A stretch of 64,000 bases of DNA. Origin: Hemiscyllium ocellatum (lineage: Eukaryota). Under the pieces are notes generated by a model. It was not told where the DNA came from, did not search any database, and worked only from the letters and a program-made list of their open reading frames with translations. Within the stretch, counting starts at the first letter, position 1. Each line of letters opens with the position of its first letter. Shown here one piece after another: positions 1 through 10,519 of the stretch. Location of the stretch: NCBI RefSeq assembly GCF_020745735.1, contig NC_083435.1, positions 22,009,231 through 22,073,230 on the forward strand, read 5' to 3'. The position numbers were made by a program, and so were the translations under genes.

Positions 1-75
1 CTGGAGGACGGGAACCCGGCAGGGGGGTGGGGGTACATTTGCCACCCGCTGACCTGCGCCTGTTGCGCCCCCCAG

Positions 76-185
76 GTGGACCGGAAGTGCTCGCGGTGCG
101 GACACGAAGGGATGGTGTACCACACTAGGCAGACCCGCTCGGCAGATGAAGGGCAGACTGTGTTCTACACGTGCATGAACTGCAG
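76..185 (+). CDS. POLR1H: RNA polymerase I subunit RPA12 (POLR1H/ZNRD1), penultimate coding exon with the C-terminal TFIIS-like zinc ribbon
   Basis: Branch-like CTGAC at 49-53, acceptor cccag| at 74-75, donor AG|gtggg at 186. Encodes [36 protein letters not shown](R), with CxxC...CxxC. The [10 protein letters not shown] motif fits RPA12 rather than RPC11 (DEPMTTFY). Confidence 0.95.
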
Positions 186-303
186 GTGGGTGCAGGGCCA
201 GACACGGGGTGGGGAGGGGGTGGCTGGGTCGGCTAGGGAAGGTCTAGTCGCGGTAGGGCGGGTCTTGGGTTGGGGGTGTGAGGGAGACGCAGCCTCCAAG
301 GTT

Positions 304-603
304 TTAGATTAGATTCCCTACAGTGTGGAAACAGGCCCTTTGGCCCAACAAGTCCACACCGACCCTCCGAAGAGTAACCCACCCAGACCCATTCCCCCCT
401 GACTAATATAGATAACACTATGGGCAACTTAGCCATGGCCAATCCACCCTAACCTGCACATCTTTGGACTGTGGGACGAAACCCACGCAGACGCGGGGAG
501 AATGTACAAACCCCAAACAGACAGTCACCCCCGACGGTAAAATTGAACCTGGTTCCCTGGCGCTGTGAGGCAGCAGTGCTGACCACTGAGCCACCGTGCC
601 ACC
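304..603 (-). mobile_element. HE1-type tRNA-derived SINE in the POLR1H intron
   Basis: Reverse complement reads GGTGGCACGGTGGCTCAGTGG..CAGGTTCAAT (A/B boxes), HE1 body, 3' end GGGCCTGTTTCCACACTGTAGGG and an (AATCT)n tail. Confidence 0.85.
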
Positions 604-1028
604 CTTTCCTTTATGGTTATTGATGGGCAAGGCTGGCGTTTACCAGCGGTTCGTTTCAGCCGCAGAGTGCCACGGGTCCACACTAACGGGTAGACCGACC
701 GAGTCAGGAAGGGCGATATTCCCCTCCCCAAAGCGCACGAGTGAACCAGCTGATTGGGGGCTGTGTTGTGCGACTATCGACGATTGTTTCCTGGTGACCG
801 GGGCTAACGTCCCGCTCCTGACGCTTCCCACCCGGGGCTGGGCAGCAGAGTTGGGCTGGTTCCGGGAGGGCAGCTGTGTTTGGGAAAGCGCGGTGGGGAT
901 GGCCAGAACATGCAGTGGGTGGACGATGCCTCAATCTGGCAAAACCCCCCCCCCCCCTCCAACCCCGACCAGTGCCTGTGACTCTGTCCTCCTGCTTTAT
1001 CGCAACGTCAGACATCTCGTTCTTTCAG

Positions 1029-1053
1029 ATACCAAGAAAAGGAGGACTCCTGA
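1029..1053 (+). CDS. POLR1H: POLR1H terminal coding exon, (R)YQEKEDS*
   Basis: Acceptor tctttcag| at 1027-1028. The phase-2 join restores AG+A=Arg, followed by TAC CAA GAA AAG GAG GAC TCC TGA, matching the vertebrate RPA12 C-terminus (FQEKEDS in human). Confidence 0.93.
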
Positions 1054-1586
1054 CCAGGGTTGGGAACGGCTGAGAGGGTGTGGCGAGACGTCGGACTGGC
1101 CTCAGAGAAACTGGTTTGGTGGCGGTTTGCTGCCGCAGTAAAGTGTCCTGGACTGACGCACAAACACGGGAGACATACCCTCAGCAAGCTGGGACTGCCC
1201 TTGGAACCAGGGCACTGCGCTGCAGCCAATGGAGTGATTACTGTTCGGGTGGGGGGGGGGGGCTCTGTTATCTCCCGCTCCTTCGTTTCATCTTCCCTTC
1301 TTCCCTCCCCCCCCCCTCTGCCCACAACCCTCCTCCCATCACCCTTTGCTCCATCTTTCCTTCTTTCCCTCCCATTCCCCTCTTCAATCCGTTCTCACCC
1401 CCCCCCCCATTGCTCTTTCTTCCATCTTTCCGTCTCCCCTTCTCTCTCTCTCTCACTCACTTCTCTGTCTCCCGCCACCCATATGATATTCTGTTCCAGA
1501 TTGTATAGATGAGCAAACCATATTTAGGTTGTGAGAGTCTGAGAGACGGTGTCGCACAATGTTGGCTTAACTGGGGATTCACAGGT

Positions 1587-1592
1587 AATAAA
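1587..1592 (+). terminator. Probable poly(A) signal of POLR1H
   Basis: First AATAAA I see after the stop at 1053, followed by GT-rich sequence at ~1625-1636. Confidence 0.6.
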
Positions 1593-2699
1593 CAAAACTT
1601 CACGTATCGTAGTGTCAAAGCCTATTGTTTGTGTGGCACCCGTTCCCATTGTGAAACGTCCGAGGTGCTCTGCAGGGGTGTGAGCAACCAGAATCTCTGG
1701 ATCCCTGGGTAGCACCCCCACCAGAGATTGCCCACGGGCTGGGGTAAAACAAAGGCACCCTATCTAGGGCACTGACACCCTGAGGAGATCGCTTGGAGCA
1801 GCGGGCTAAGGTGACGTGGCCGGTGCGACTCAGGAACAGGGACACGCCTGACGGGGGACAGACAGATACATCACGTGCCCACGTCTCGCCAGAACGGAAC
1901 ACCTGCCAGTCTCACCATCCATCAGGTGGCACAGAGTCGGATTCCCCCCCCGGTTAATCCGTCCTGGCCTCACTTCGCCCCGATCTCCCGTCCGCACTCG
2001 CCAGCTTTCCTCGGGCCTCAAAGCCACTGATATTCTCGACGCTCTGCGGGGATTCCTGCTGCAGAATTTCTCTTCGCAGTCTCTGAACCACCACTACCTG
2101 ATAACGCTGCTGTGCTTTCTGATCTCACGTGACCCTGAATGTCGGCCCACCTGACTAATGGGCACGAATGGCTCACTGTTTTTTTTTGTGTGCTGTCAGG
2201 ATTACGTCGTGGGTCGAAAAGTGCTCGGGGGCAGTTCAATGCATTTCTGCTTTGTGCAGTATAAGAGTGCCATTGTTCAGATCATTGCCTGTGATCAGTT
2301 GCAGCATTGAGTACGCTGCAGTTTCTTTATAATGTGTCTTGGAACAATGTGACCCTGCTTAAATTGCCACATATTGATCTTTTCCAACAGGCTGAAACAA
2401 TCCTCTGTTTGTTTTATGTGTGCTCTCGTTGAGTGATTGAAGCAGCACATGTGAGTCATGTGCAAAACTAATTCCTGGGGCCATTTGGTGGAGCAAAATC
2501 TTAAATGGGTTTATGACGTCATTTTGCTATTTGCAGAAAAATTTTCTCCAGAACAAACAGTTAAAAGTTCGGACAGTAGAAAGTTGAATACTCCTGCCAA
2601 GGAAGAAGATGCAACCAGGGTCACGAGGGATGGAGGTAGTTGAGATTGTATATTGGCTAAAAGAAATGGTAGAGATTAGTATCAGAAAGGCTATTTTCC

Positions 2700-3240
2700 A
2701 GTTAATGCTGATAAACCATCAACACCAGGTGAGATACATCAAAGGTGGGGAGCAAAAGAGTGGTGGAAATTGCAGAGGCACTGACCATAATCCTCCTCAA
2801 ATACAGGATTGGTGGTAGAGGGCTAAAGAAATGCAGATATTGCACCCCCCGTTCAGGAAAGGATGTAAGCAGAAACCCAGCTTCTACAGGCCCGTTACTC
2901 TAAACATCAGTGGTGGGATGGCTTTCAGAGAGGATAAGCTGGGGCAAAATTAACAGCCACTCAAGGATTAATTAAGGAAAATCAGCACAAAGGTTACAAT
3001 GCTTTGCTTATCGGGTTTTTTTTGAAGTAACAAAGAATTGATGAGGGTAGTGTTTGATATGGTGTATTTGAACTTCCAGAGGCTAGCTTGTGAATGCACA
3101 CGGTCACGCTCAAAGAAAAGGGACAATGGCGACTGGGAACATGAGTGGTGAATGATTGGTTTTTCAGACCTGGGAAGAAAATATGATACGGTGTCCCTCA
3201 GAGGTCAGTGTGGTACTAGGGCCACTGCTGTTCCTGTGAG
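2700..3240 (+). mobile_element. Old degenerate CR1-like LINE RT fragment
   Basis: Decayed versions of motifs seen in the 47.7-49.2 kb LINE (YRPV, GVPQ/GSVLGPLLF-like), with many stops and indels. Confidence 0.55.
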
Positions 3241-3919
3241 CTTGACTTTTGCTTTTGACTAAGTGGCACATGTGCCACGTACACAAACGGAACAGATTCA
3301 ATCCTTATTCTGATTCTTGGTGTTTATGGAGGCTTGCCTCCTTTCAGTGTCCATTGTGGAGTAGTACCCCACAAGCTATATATAACCAATTGTCTGTGTC
3401 CAAGATGCCCACGTTCTTCTGTGCACTATAACAAGTCACTGTCAATAAAATTGTGGGTGCCCATACTGGTATACGTTAGGAGTGGGGATAGGACATTTGG
3501 TCGATCCGCCAAGCTTCACCATTCAACAATATCATGGTTGATCTAATTGTAGCTTCAATTTCACATTCACACTTACCCACAATAACCACATGACTCCCTT
3601 GTTAGCAAAAAATATATCTGCCTCAATTAAATGTTGTATTGATATTAAATCAGGCCACCCCCACCATTTTTCTGGGGCAGAGTTCCAAGACTGACAACTT
3701 TCTGAGAGAAAAAGAGATCCTCCTGACCTCTGAAATAGCATGAGCCAACTGTGTGTCCCTTTGTTCCATTCTCCCCATGAGGAGAAACATCCTTTTAGTG
3801 TCCACTGTGAAGACTCCTTGGGCTCTTCCATGTTTCAGCATGATTGCCTCTCATTTTTCTAAACCCCAATGGCTACCAGGCCTAACCTGTAAAATTCTAA
3901 CACTCCCTGTAAAATACCA

Positions 3920-4027
3920 CCGTCTAGAACGAGACTAGTGACCTTCGGAACGTTAACTTTGTTTCTCTCGCTGCAAGTGCTGTCAGATCTGCTGAGTCCT
4001 TCCCATGATATCTGCTTTTGTTTCAGA
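3920..4027 (+). mobile_element. Penelope-like element terminal fragment
   Basis: ggaacgttaactttgtttctctc..tgctgtcagatctgctgag, related to fragments at ~13.7 kb and ~47.1 kb. Confidence 0.45.
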
Positions 4028-4054
4028 CAAACAGCACCCTCAGTTCTTTGCACA

Positions 4055-4495
4055 GGTCTAACATACGAGGAACGGCTGAGGATCCTGGGATTGTATTCAT
4101 CGGAGTTTAGAAGATTAAGGAGAGATCTAATAGAAACTTACAAGATAATAGATGGCTTGGAAAGGGTGGATGCTAGGAAATTGTTTCCGTTAGGCGAGGA
4201 GACTAGGACCCGTGGACACAGCCTTAGAATTAGAGGGGGTTAATTCGGAACAGAAATTTCTTCAGCCAGAGAGTGGTGGGCCTGTGGAATTCATTGCCGC
4301 AGAGTGCAGTGGAGGCCGGGACGCTAAATGTCTTCAAGGCAGAGATTGATAAATTCTTCATGTCACAAGGAATTAAGGGCTACGGAGAGAATGCAGGTAA
4401 GTGGAGTTGAAATGCCCATCAGCCATGATTGAACGGCGGAGTGGACTCGATGGGCCGAATGGCCTTACTTCCACTCCTATGTCCTATGGTCTTAT
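4055..4495 (+). mobile_element. CR1/HER1-like LINE 3' end, 5'-truncated
   Basis: Encodes GLTYEERLRILGLYSSEFRRLRRDLIETYKI..RTRGHSLRIRGG (CR1 ORF2 C-terminus), then a 3' UTR ending cctatgtcctatggtctta. Confidence 0.85.
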
Positions 4496-4618
4496 CTTAC
4501 CAGTTGATTGATACTCAAGGGCTGTTGGGGTTTACTGGGAAGTCCCTACTTTTGAGTCAGGAGGCCTGGGTTCGAGACTCACCCGTTCCAAAGGGTGTGT
4601 AATAACATCTCTGAACAA

Positions 4619-4990
4619 GTCATAGAGATGTACAGCATGGAAACAGACCCTTCAGTCCAACTTGTCCATGCCAACCAGATATCCCAACCTAATCTAGTCA
4701 CACTTGCCAGCACTTGGCCCATATCCCTCTAAACTTTCCATATTCATGTACTCATCCAGACACCTTTTCAAATGTTGTAATTGTACCAGCCTCCACCACA
4801 TCCTCTGGCAGGTCATTCCATACATGCACCACCCTCTGTGTGAAAAAGTTGCCCCTTATGTCCCTTTTAAATCTTTCCCCACTCACTGTAAACTTTTGCC
4901 CTCCAGTTCTTTTCAACCCCAGGGAAAAGACTTTATCTACTTACCCTCTCCATGCCCTTCTCATGATTGTTTCAACCTCTGCAAGGTCAC
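4619..4990 (-). mobile_element. CR1/HER1-like LINE 3' end, antisense
   Basis: Starts gtcatagagatgtacagcatggaaacagacccttc, the same terminus as the copies at 21.0, 27.3, 39.2, 47.7 and 54.9 kb. Confidence 0.8.
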
Positions 4991-5248
4991 AGTAACACAG
5001 TGGTTAGCACTGCTGTCTCACAGCACCAGACTCCCGCCTCAGGCAATTGACTGTGTGGAGTTTGCACATTGTCCCCATGTCTGCATGGGTTTCCTCCCAC
5101 AGTCCAAAAATGTACAGGTTAGGTGAATTGGCCATGCTAAATTGCCTGTAGTGTGAGGTGAATGTAGGGGAATAGGTCTGGGTGGGTTACTCTTCGGAGG
5201 GTCAGTGTGGACTTGTTGGGCCAAAGGGCCTGTTTCCACACTGTAAGT
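4991..5248 (+). mobile_element. HE1-type SINE whose tail is interrupted by a Tx1/L1-like insertion; the tail resumes at 5827-5843
   Basis: cagtggttagcactgctg head, HE1 body and ..gggcctgtttccacactgtaagt end. Confidence 0.8.
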
Positions 5249-5826
5249 CGAGACTGTCACACACCTCCTTCTGGAATGTGCCTATGCAGAGGAAGTCTGG
5301 AGAGGAATGCAGTGGAGTTTGTCGAGGTTCGTCCTGAGCAGCGCCGTGATGCGGGACTCCGTGCTCTACGGCCTATTCCTCGGGACGCACACCGAGATGA
5401 ACATCAACTGCGCCTGGAGGATCATCAGCTCGGTGAAGGACGCTCTCTGGGTGGTCCGAAACCTGTTGATCCTCCAGCTGAAGGAGTTGACCCCGACTGA
5501 GTGTTGCAGACTGGCACATTCCAAGGTCCAGGACTACGTGCTGAGGGACGCGCTGAAGTTTGGGGCAGCTGCCGCCAAGGCGCGGTGGGGAAAGACCACC
5601 GTGTAACATCTGCCTGTCTAAAGAAGAACAGGGGGCCCGTGCAGTCATTTGGGCTCTGCTGACACCTCAGGTAATTATATGGACATATGATTGAAAAACG
5701 TACAGACCTGTATAAAAATGATGAATTCTGATCTCTGTATGTCAATGTCTACATATGTATGGCACGACCAACTGTACAGACCATCAAATTATTTTATGAA
5801 TAATGTATATTTTTGAAATAAAAAAA
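5249..5826 (+). mobile_element. 5'-truncated Tx1/L1-clade non-LTR retrotransposon 3' end (ORF2 C-terminus, 3' UTR, poly-A)
   Basis: Frame 5250-5606 reads ETVTHLLLECAYAEEVW..KDALWVVRNLLI..RWGKTTV*. ETxxHLLxxC is the end of the CCHC zinc knuckle. An A-tail ends at 5826, and GTAAGT flanks both sides (5243-5248 and 5827-5832). Confidence 0.75.
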
Positions 5827-6162
5827 GTAAGTAACCTAATCTAGTCATGGATTAGAAAATCATATAAAGTGAATCTCTCTGAACTGCTTCTAATGCATTT
5901 ACACCCTTAGTTCAGTGAGGAGAGACCGGACTTGTACACAGCAATGCACAATAATGTTAACCCATGTAAATTATTTACACATTGTAGATTTTTTTCCTTT
6001 ATTCCCATCAATGGCTATAATTTTTAAAAACGAATGAAAATAGTTTGTGGATTTAAAACGTTTCACTATTTTTGAAGGCCAGTGTTAAGGCTGTTCCTCC
6101 TGGTGCATCCTCTGGGGAGGTTTGGGAATGAGAGACACAGTGAGGGGCGATGCAACCCACTC

Positions 6163-6190
6163 CATTCATTCATTCATTCATTCATTCATT
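6163..6190. repeat. (TTCA)n microsatellite at the edge of the CpG island
   Basis: cattcattcattcattcattcattcatt. Confidence 0.9.
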
Positions 6191-6191
6191 C

Positions 6192-6454
6192 CTTCCGGGC
6201 TGGGTGCGCGCCGCGTGACCAGGACCGTCCAATCGGAGGCCCGGCGGCGGCGGACACGTCAGCCAGCCGTCACGTGACCGTCCCGGGCCAATGGCAGCCG
6301 GCGGCCGCCTTCCGGCGTGCCGGCGAGGAGGGGTGGGGTGGAGGAGGGAGGACGCGCTGACGTGCATTTGGTGCGCGCGGGCACCGCGCCGAGCTGGGCT
6401 CGAGCCGGAAGAAGAGGGACGCGCGAGGGCTGTGTGCGTGGGGGGTGGTGGAAG
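6192..6454 (+). promoter_or_regulatory. CpG-island promoter and probable non-coding exon 1 of MGAT1
   Basis: Dense CpGs. CCAAT at 6229 and 6288, GTCACGTGAC at 6269-6278, TGACGTG at 6255-6261 (-) and 6358-6364, ETS CCGGAAG at 6309-6315 (-) and 6405-6411, donor AAG|GTAGGT at 6455. Assignment to MGAT1 is inferred: it is the next + strand coding exon, and mammalian MGAT1 has non-coding 5' exons. Confidence 0.65.
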
Positions 6455-6621
6455 GTAGGTAACCATGGAGACCGGAGGGCAGGGGGTGGGGGGGGCGAAC
6501 CCGCGGCCCGTCGGGTAACCGTCCCGTCACTAGGGACTCGTCGTCATGGTGACCGGAGAGAGAGAGAGAGCGGCTCCCCCTCAGAGCCCAGGAGCATCAG
6601 GGTAAACATCCCAAAGCCAGA

Positions 6622-9222
6622 GGGAAACTCCAGGGTCAGTGTGTATCCCACCACAGGGGGGGATACTCCAGGGTCAGTGTGTATCCCACCACAGGGGGGG
6701 ATACTCCAGGGTCAATGTATATCCCACCACAGGGGGGGATACTCCAGGGTCAGTGTGTATCCCACCACAGGGGGGGATACTCCAGGGTCAGTGTGTATCC
6801 CACCACAGGGGGGGATACTGCAGGGTCAGTGTGTATCCCACCACAGGGGGGGATACTCCAGGGTCAGTGTGTATCCCACCACAGGGGGGGATACTCCAGG
6901 GTCAATGTGTATCCCACCACTGGGTCAATGTATATCCCACCACAGGGGGGGATACTGCAGGGTCAGTGTGTATCCCACCACAGGGGGGGATACTCCAGGG
7001 TCAGTGTGTATCCCACCACAGGGGGGATACTCCAGGGTCAGTGTGTATCCCACCACAGGGGGGATACTCCAGGGTCAGTGTGTATCCCACCACAGGGGGG
7101 AAAACTCCAGGGTCAATGTGTATCCCACCACAGGGGGGAAAACTCCAGGGTCAATGTGTATCCCACCACAGGGGGGGGGGATACTCCAGGGTCAATGTGT
7201 ATCCCACCACAGAGTCAATGTGTATCCCACCACAGGGGTGATACTCCAGGGTCAGTGTGTATCCCACCACAGGGTAGGGGGGGGATACTCCAGGGTCAGT
7301 GTGTATCCCACCACAGGAGGAATACTCCAGGGTCAAGGTATATCCCACCACAGGGGGGGAAACTCCAGGGTCAGTGTGTATCCCACCACAGGGGGGATAC
7401 TCCAGGGTCAGTGTGTATCCCACCACAGGGGGGATACTCCAGGGTCAGTGTGTATCCCACCACAGGAGGAATACTCCAGGGTCAAGGTATATCCCACCAC
7501 AGGGTGGGAAACTCCAGGGTCAATGTGTATCCCACCACAGGGGGGGATACTCCAGGTTAAAGGTATATCCCACCACAGGGGGGGATACTCCAGGGTCAGT
7601 GTGTATCTCACCACAGGGGGGGGGATACTCCAGGGTCAATGTGTATCCCACCACAGAGTCAATGTGTATCCCACCACAGGGGTGATACTCCAGGGTCAGT
7701 GTGTATCCCACCACAGGGTGAGGGGGGGGATACTCCAGGGTCAGTGTGTATCCCACCACAGGAGGAATACTCCAGGGTCAAGGTATATCCCACCACAGGG
7801 GGGGAAACTCCAGGGTCAGTGTGTATCCCACCACAGGGGGGATACTCCAGGGTCAGTGTGTATCCCACCACAGGGGGGATACTCCAGGGTCAGTGTGTAT
7901 ATCCCACCACAGGGGGGATACTCCAGGGTCAGTGTGTATCCCACCACAGGGGGGGAATACTCCAGGGTCAGTGTGTATCCCACCACAGGGGGGGATACTC
8001 CAGGGTCAGTGTGTATCCCACCACAGGGGGGGATACTCCAGGGTCAGTGTGTATCCCACCACAGGGGGGATACTCCAGGGTCAGTGTGTATCCCACCACA
8101 GGGGGGATACTCCAGGGTCAGTGTGTATATCCCACCACAGGGGGGATACTCCAGGGTCAGTGTGTATCCCACCACAGGGGGGGAATACTCCAGGGTCAGT
8201 GTGTATCCCACCACAGGGGGGGATACTCCAGGGTCAGTGTGTATCCCACCACAGGGGGGATACTCCAGGGTCAGTGTGTATCCCACCACAGGGGGGATAC
8301 TCCAGGGTCAGTGTGTATCCCACCACAGGGGGGATACTCCAGGGTCAGTGTGTATCCCACCACAGGAGGAATACTCCAGGGTCAAGGTATATCCCACCAC
8401 AGGGGGGGAAACTCCAGGGTCAATGTGTATCTCACCACAGGGGGGGGCGATACTCCAGGGTCAATGTGTATCCCACCACAGGGGGGGGGGATACTCCAGG
8501 GTCAGTGTATATCCCACCACAGGGGGGGATACTCCAGGGTCAGTGTATATCCCACCACAGGGGGGGGATACTCCAGGGTCAAGGTATATCCCACCACAGG
8601 GGGGATACTCCAGGGTCAGTGTATATCCAACCACGGGGGGGGGGGGTAATCCAGGGTCAATGTATATCCCACCACGGGGGGGATACTCCAGGTTAAAGGT
8701 ATACCCCACCACAGGGGGGGATACTCCAGGGTCAGTGTATATCCCACCACAGGGGGGGGTACTCCAGGGTCAATGTGTATCCCACCACAGGGGGGATACT
8801 CCAGGGTCAAGGTATATCCCACCACAGGGGGGGGATACTCCAGGGTCAAGGTATATCCCACCACAGGGGGGATACTCCAGGGTCAATGTGTATCCCACCA
8901 CGGGGGGGATACTCCAGGGTCAATGTGTATCCCACCACAGGGGGGGATACTCCAGGGTCAATGTGTATCCCACCACGGGGGGGATCCTCCAGGTTAAAGG
9001 TATACCCCACCACAGGGGGGGATACTCCAGGTTAAAGGTATACCCCACCACAGGGGGGGATACTCCAGGTTAAAGGTATACCCCACCACAGGGGGAGGAT
9101 ACTCCAGGGTCAATGTGTATCCCACCACAAGGGGGGGATACTCCAGGGTCAATGTGTATCCCACCACAGGGGGGATACTCCAGGGTCAATGTGTATCCCA
9201 CCACAGGGGGGATACTCCAGGT
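6622..9222. repeat. Minisatellite of ~37-39 bp, unit (G)6-8ATACTCCAGGGTCAGTGTGTATCCCACCACA, roughly 65-70 copies
   Basis: Directly visible tandem array with variable G-run length and recurring variant units. Confidence 0.97.
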
Positions 9223-10341
9223 TTCATGTCTTTCCTGGCAGGGGAAGGTGAGAAACCCCAGGTTTAATGTATATCCCTCCAGGGGAAGGGGGCAGACTCC
9301 ACATTAAATATACATGCATATCCTACCTGTGGGAGGTGAGAAACCCTGGAATGAACATGCAGATGTCCAACTGAAAGGTGGAGGAAGTCCTGTATTGCAT
9401 AAATACCCCACAGAGGAGGTGAGAAATTTCACAATCCATACATAAATGTCTTTTGTGGCACAGTGGTAGCGTCCCTACCTCTGTAGCAGAAAATCCAATG
9501 TTATGTTCCACCTGTTCTACGGGTGTGTCACCAACATGCCCGAACAAGCTGATTAAAAGTTTCTATTAATATCCAGCAAGGCAGATGAGTTTCTATAATT
9601 GGTTTTTAAAAACTCCCACAGAGAGGGTTGAGATTCTATATTTGATGTGCAGTTATCTCACGGAGAAGGGGTAGAGATTGAACAGTCAATTCATGAATCA
9701 CCCCGTGGCAAGGGGGGAAATGTTTTGACATCTTGACTCATTAACACTGAAGGAACAGTGATATATTTCCAAATTAGGATTGTGGAATACATCTATGCCT
9801 TTCTGACAAGTTCTTATTGTTGCTTCCTTTAAGCTGCATACTACGTTGTGGTTACTGTTAGTGGAGGCAGTGCACCACTCCTAGAACTGACCTTTTGCCA
9901 TTATAATTTCTCATTTCTACCCAAATTGCTTTCTCATCTTGCTTTCATGGGCTTAGGTTATCCCTGCCTATTGTACGTATATCTTCATCAATTTACAGGC
10001 CCATCTGTCCACCTTCTCCTACTTTCCTGCATGACGTCTCCCTGGGATAGTGTGCTAGAAACCAAGCTCCAGAGTTTTCACAAAAGTTAAACGTTGTTGA
10101 ACGTCTGGAGAATTCCCCAATTTGCCTGTCTTTCAAACCGAAGTTGACCAAAAGCGTGGACTAGATTTCTGTACTTAACAAGAATTACTATCTATTACAA
10201 TTAAACGTTTTTCTGTAGTTACAATTATGAAACATCAAAATATAACTACTAATTTAAATGCTAACCCCTTTATAAATTTCCTCTCGACACGTGTACAGAC
10301 CAGCACAAAAGAAAGGATGGAAGGAAAGATTAAAAAGACAG

Positions 10342-10436
10342 TTCAGGGCTTTTGCCCAAAATGCTGATTTTCCTGCTGTTCGGATGCTGCCTGACCTGCT
10401 GTGCTTTTCCAGCACCACTCTAATCTTGACTCTGAT
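10342..10436 (+). mobile_element. Penelope-like terminal fragment, same family as 51144-51352
   Basis: gggcttttgcccaaaatgctgattttcctgctgttcggatgctgcctgacctgctgtgcttttccagc aligns by eye with the right arm at 51236-51303. Confidence 0.65.
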
Positions 10437-10519
10437 CAGCATTGTCTGTCTATGGGGTTTGCTGAGTTTATTCTTATGCGAATCAAAATGCTGCTTCTCA
10501 ATCTTCTTTCTCCAGATGC

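Noticed and set aside
6317-9073. 918-aa ORF and overlapping repetitive ORFs
   Set aside because: The minisatellite unit lacks stops in all three + frames and the frames shuffle with G-run length. The ORF has no ATG at its start and no domain, so it is an artefact.
6622-9222. CRISPR-like array of ~37-bp palindromic repeats
   Set aside because: The units are head-to-tail with no unique spacers, there are no cas genes, and the context is vertebrate.
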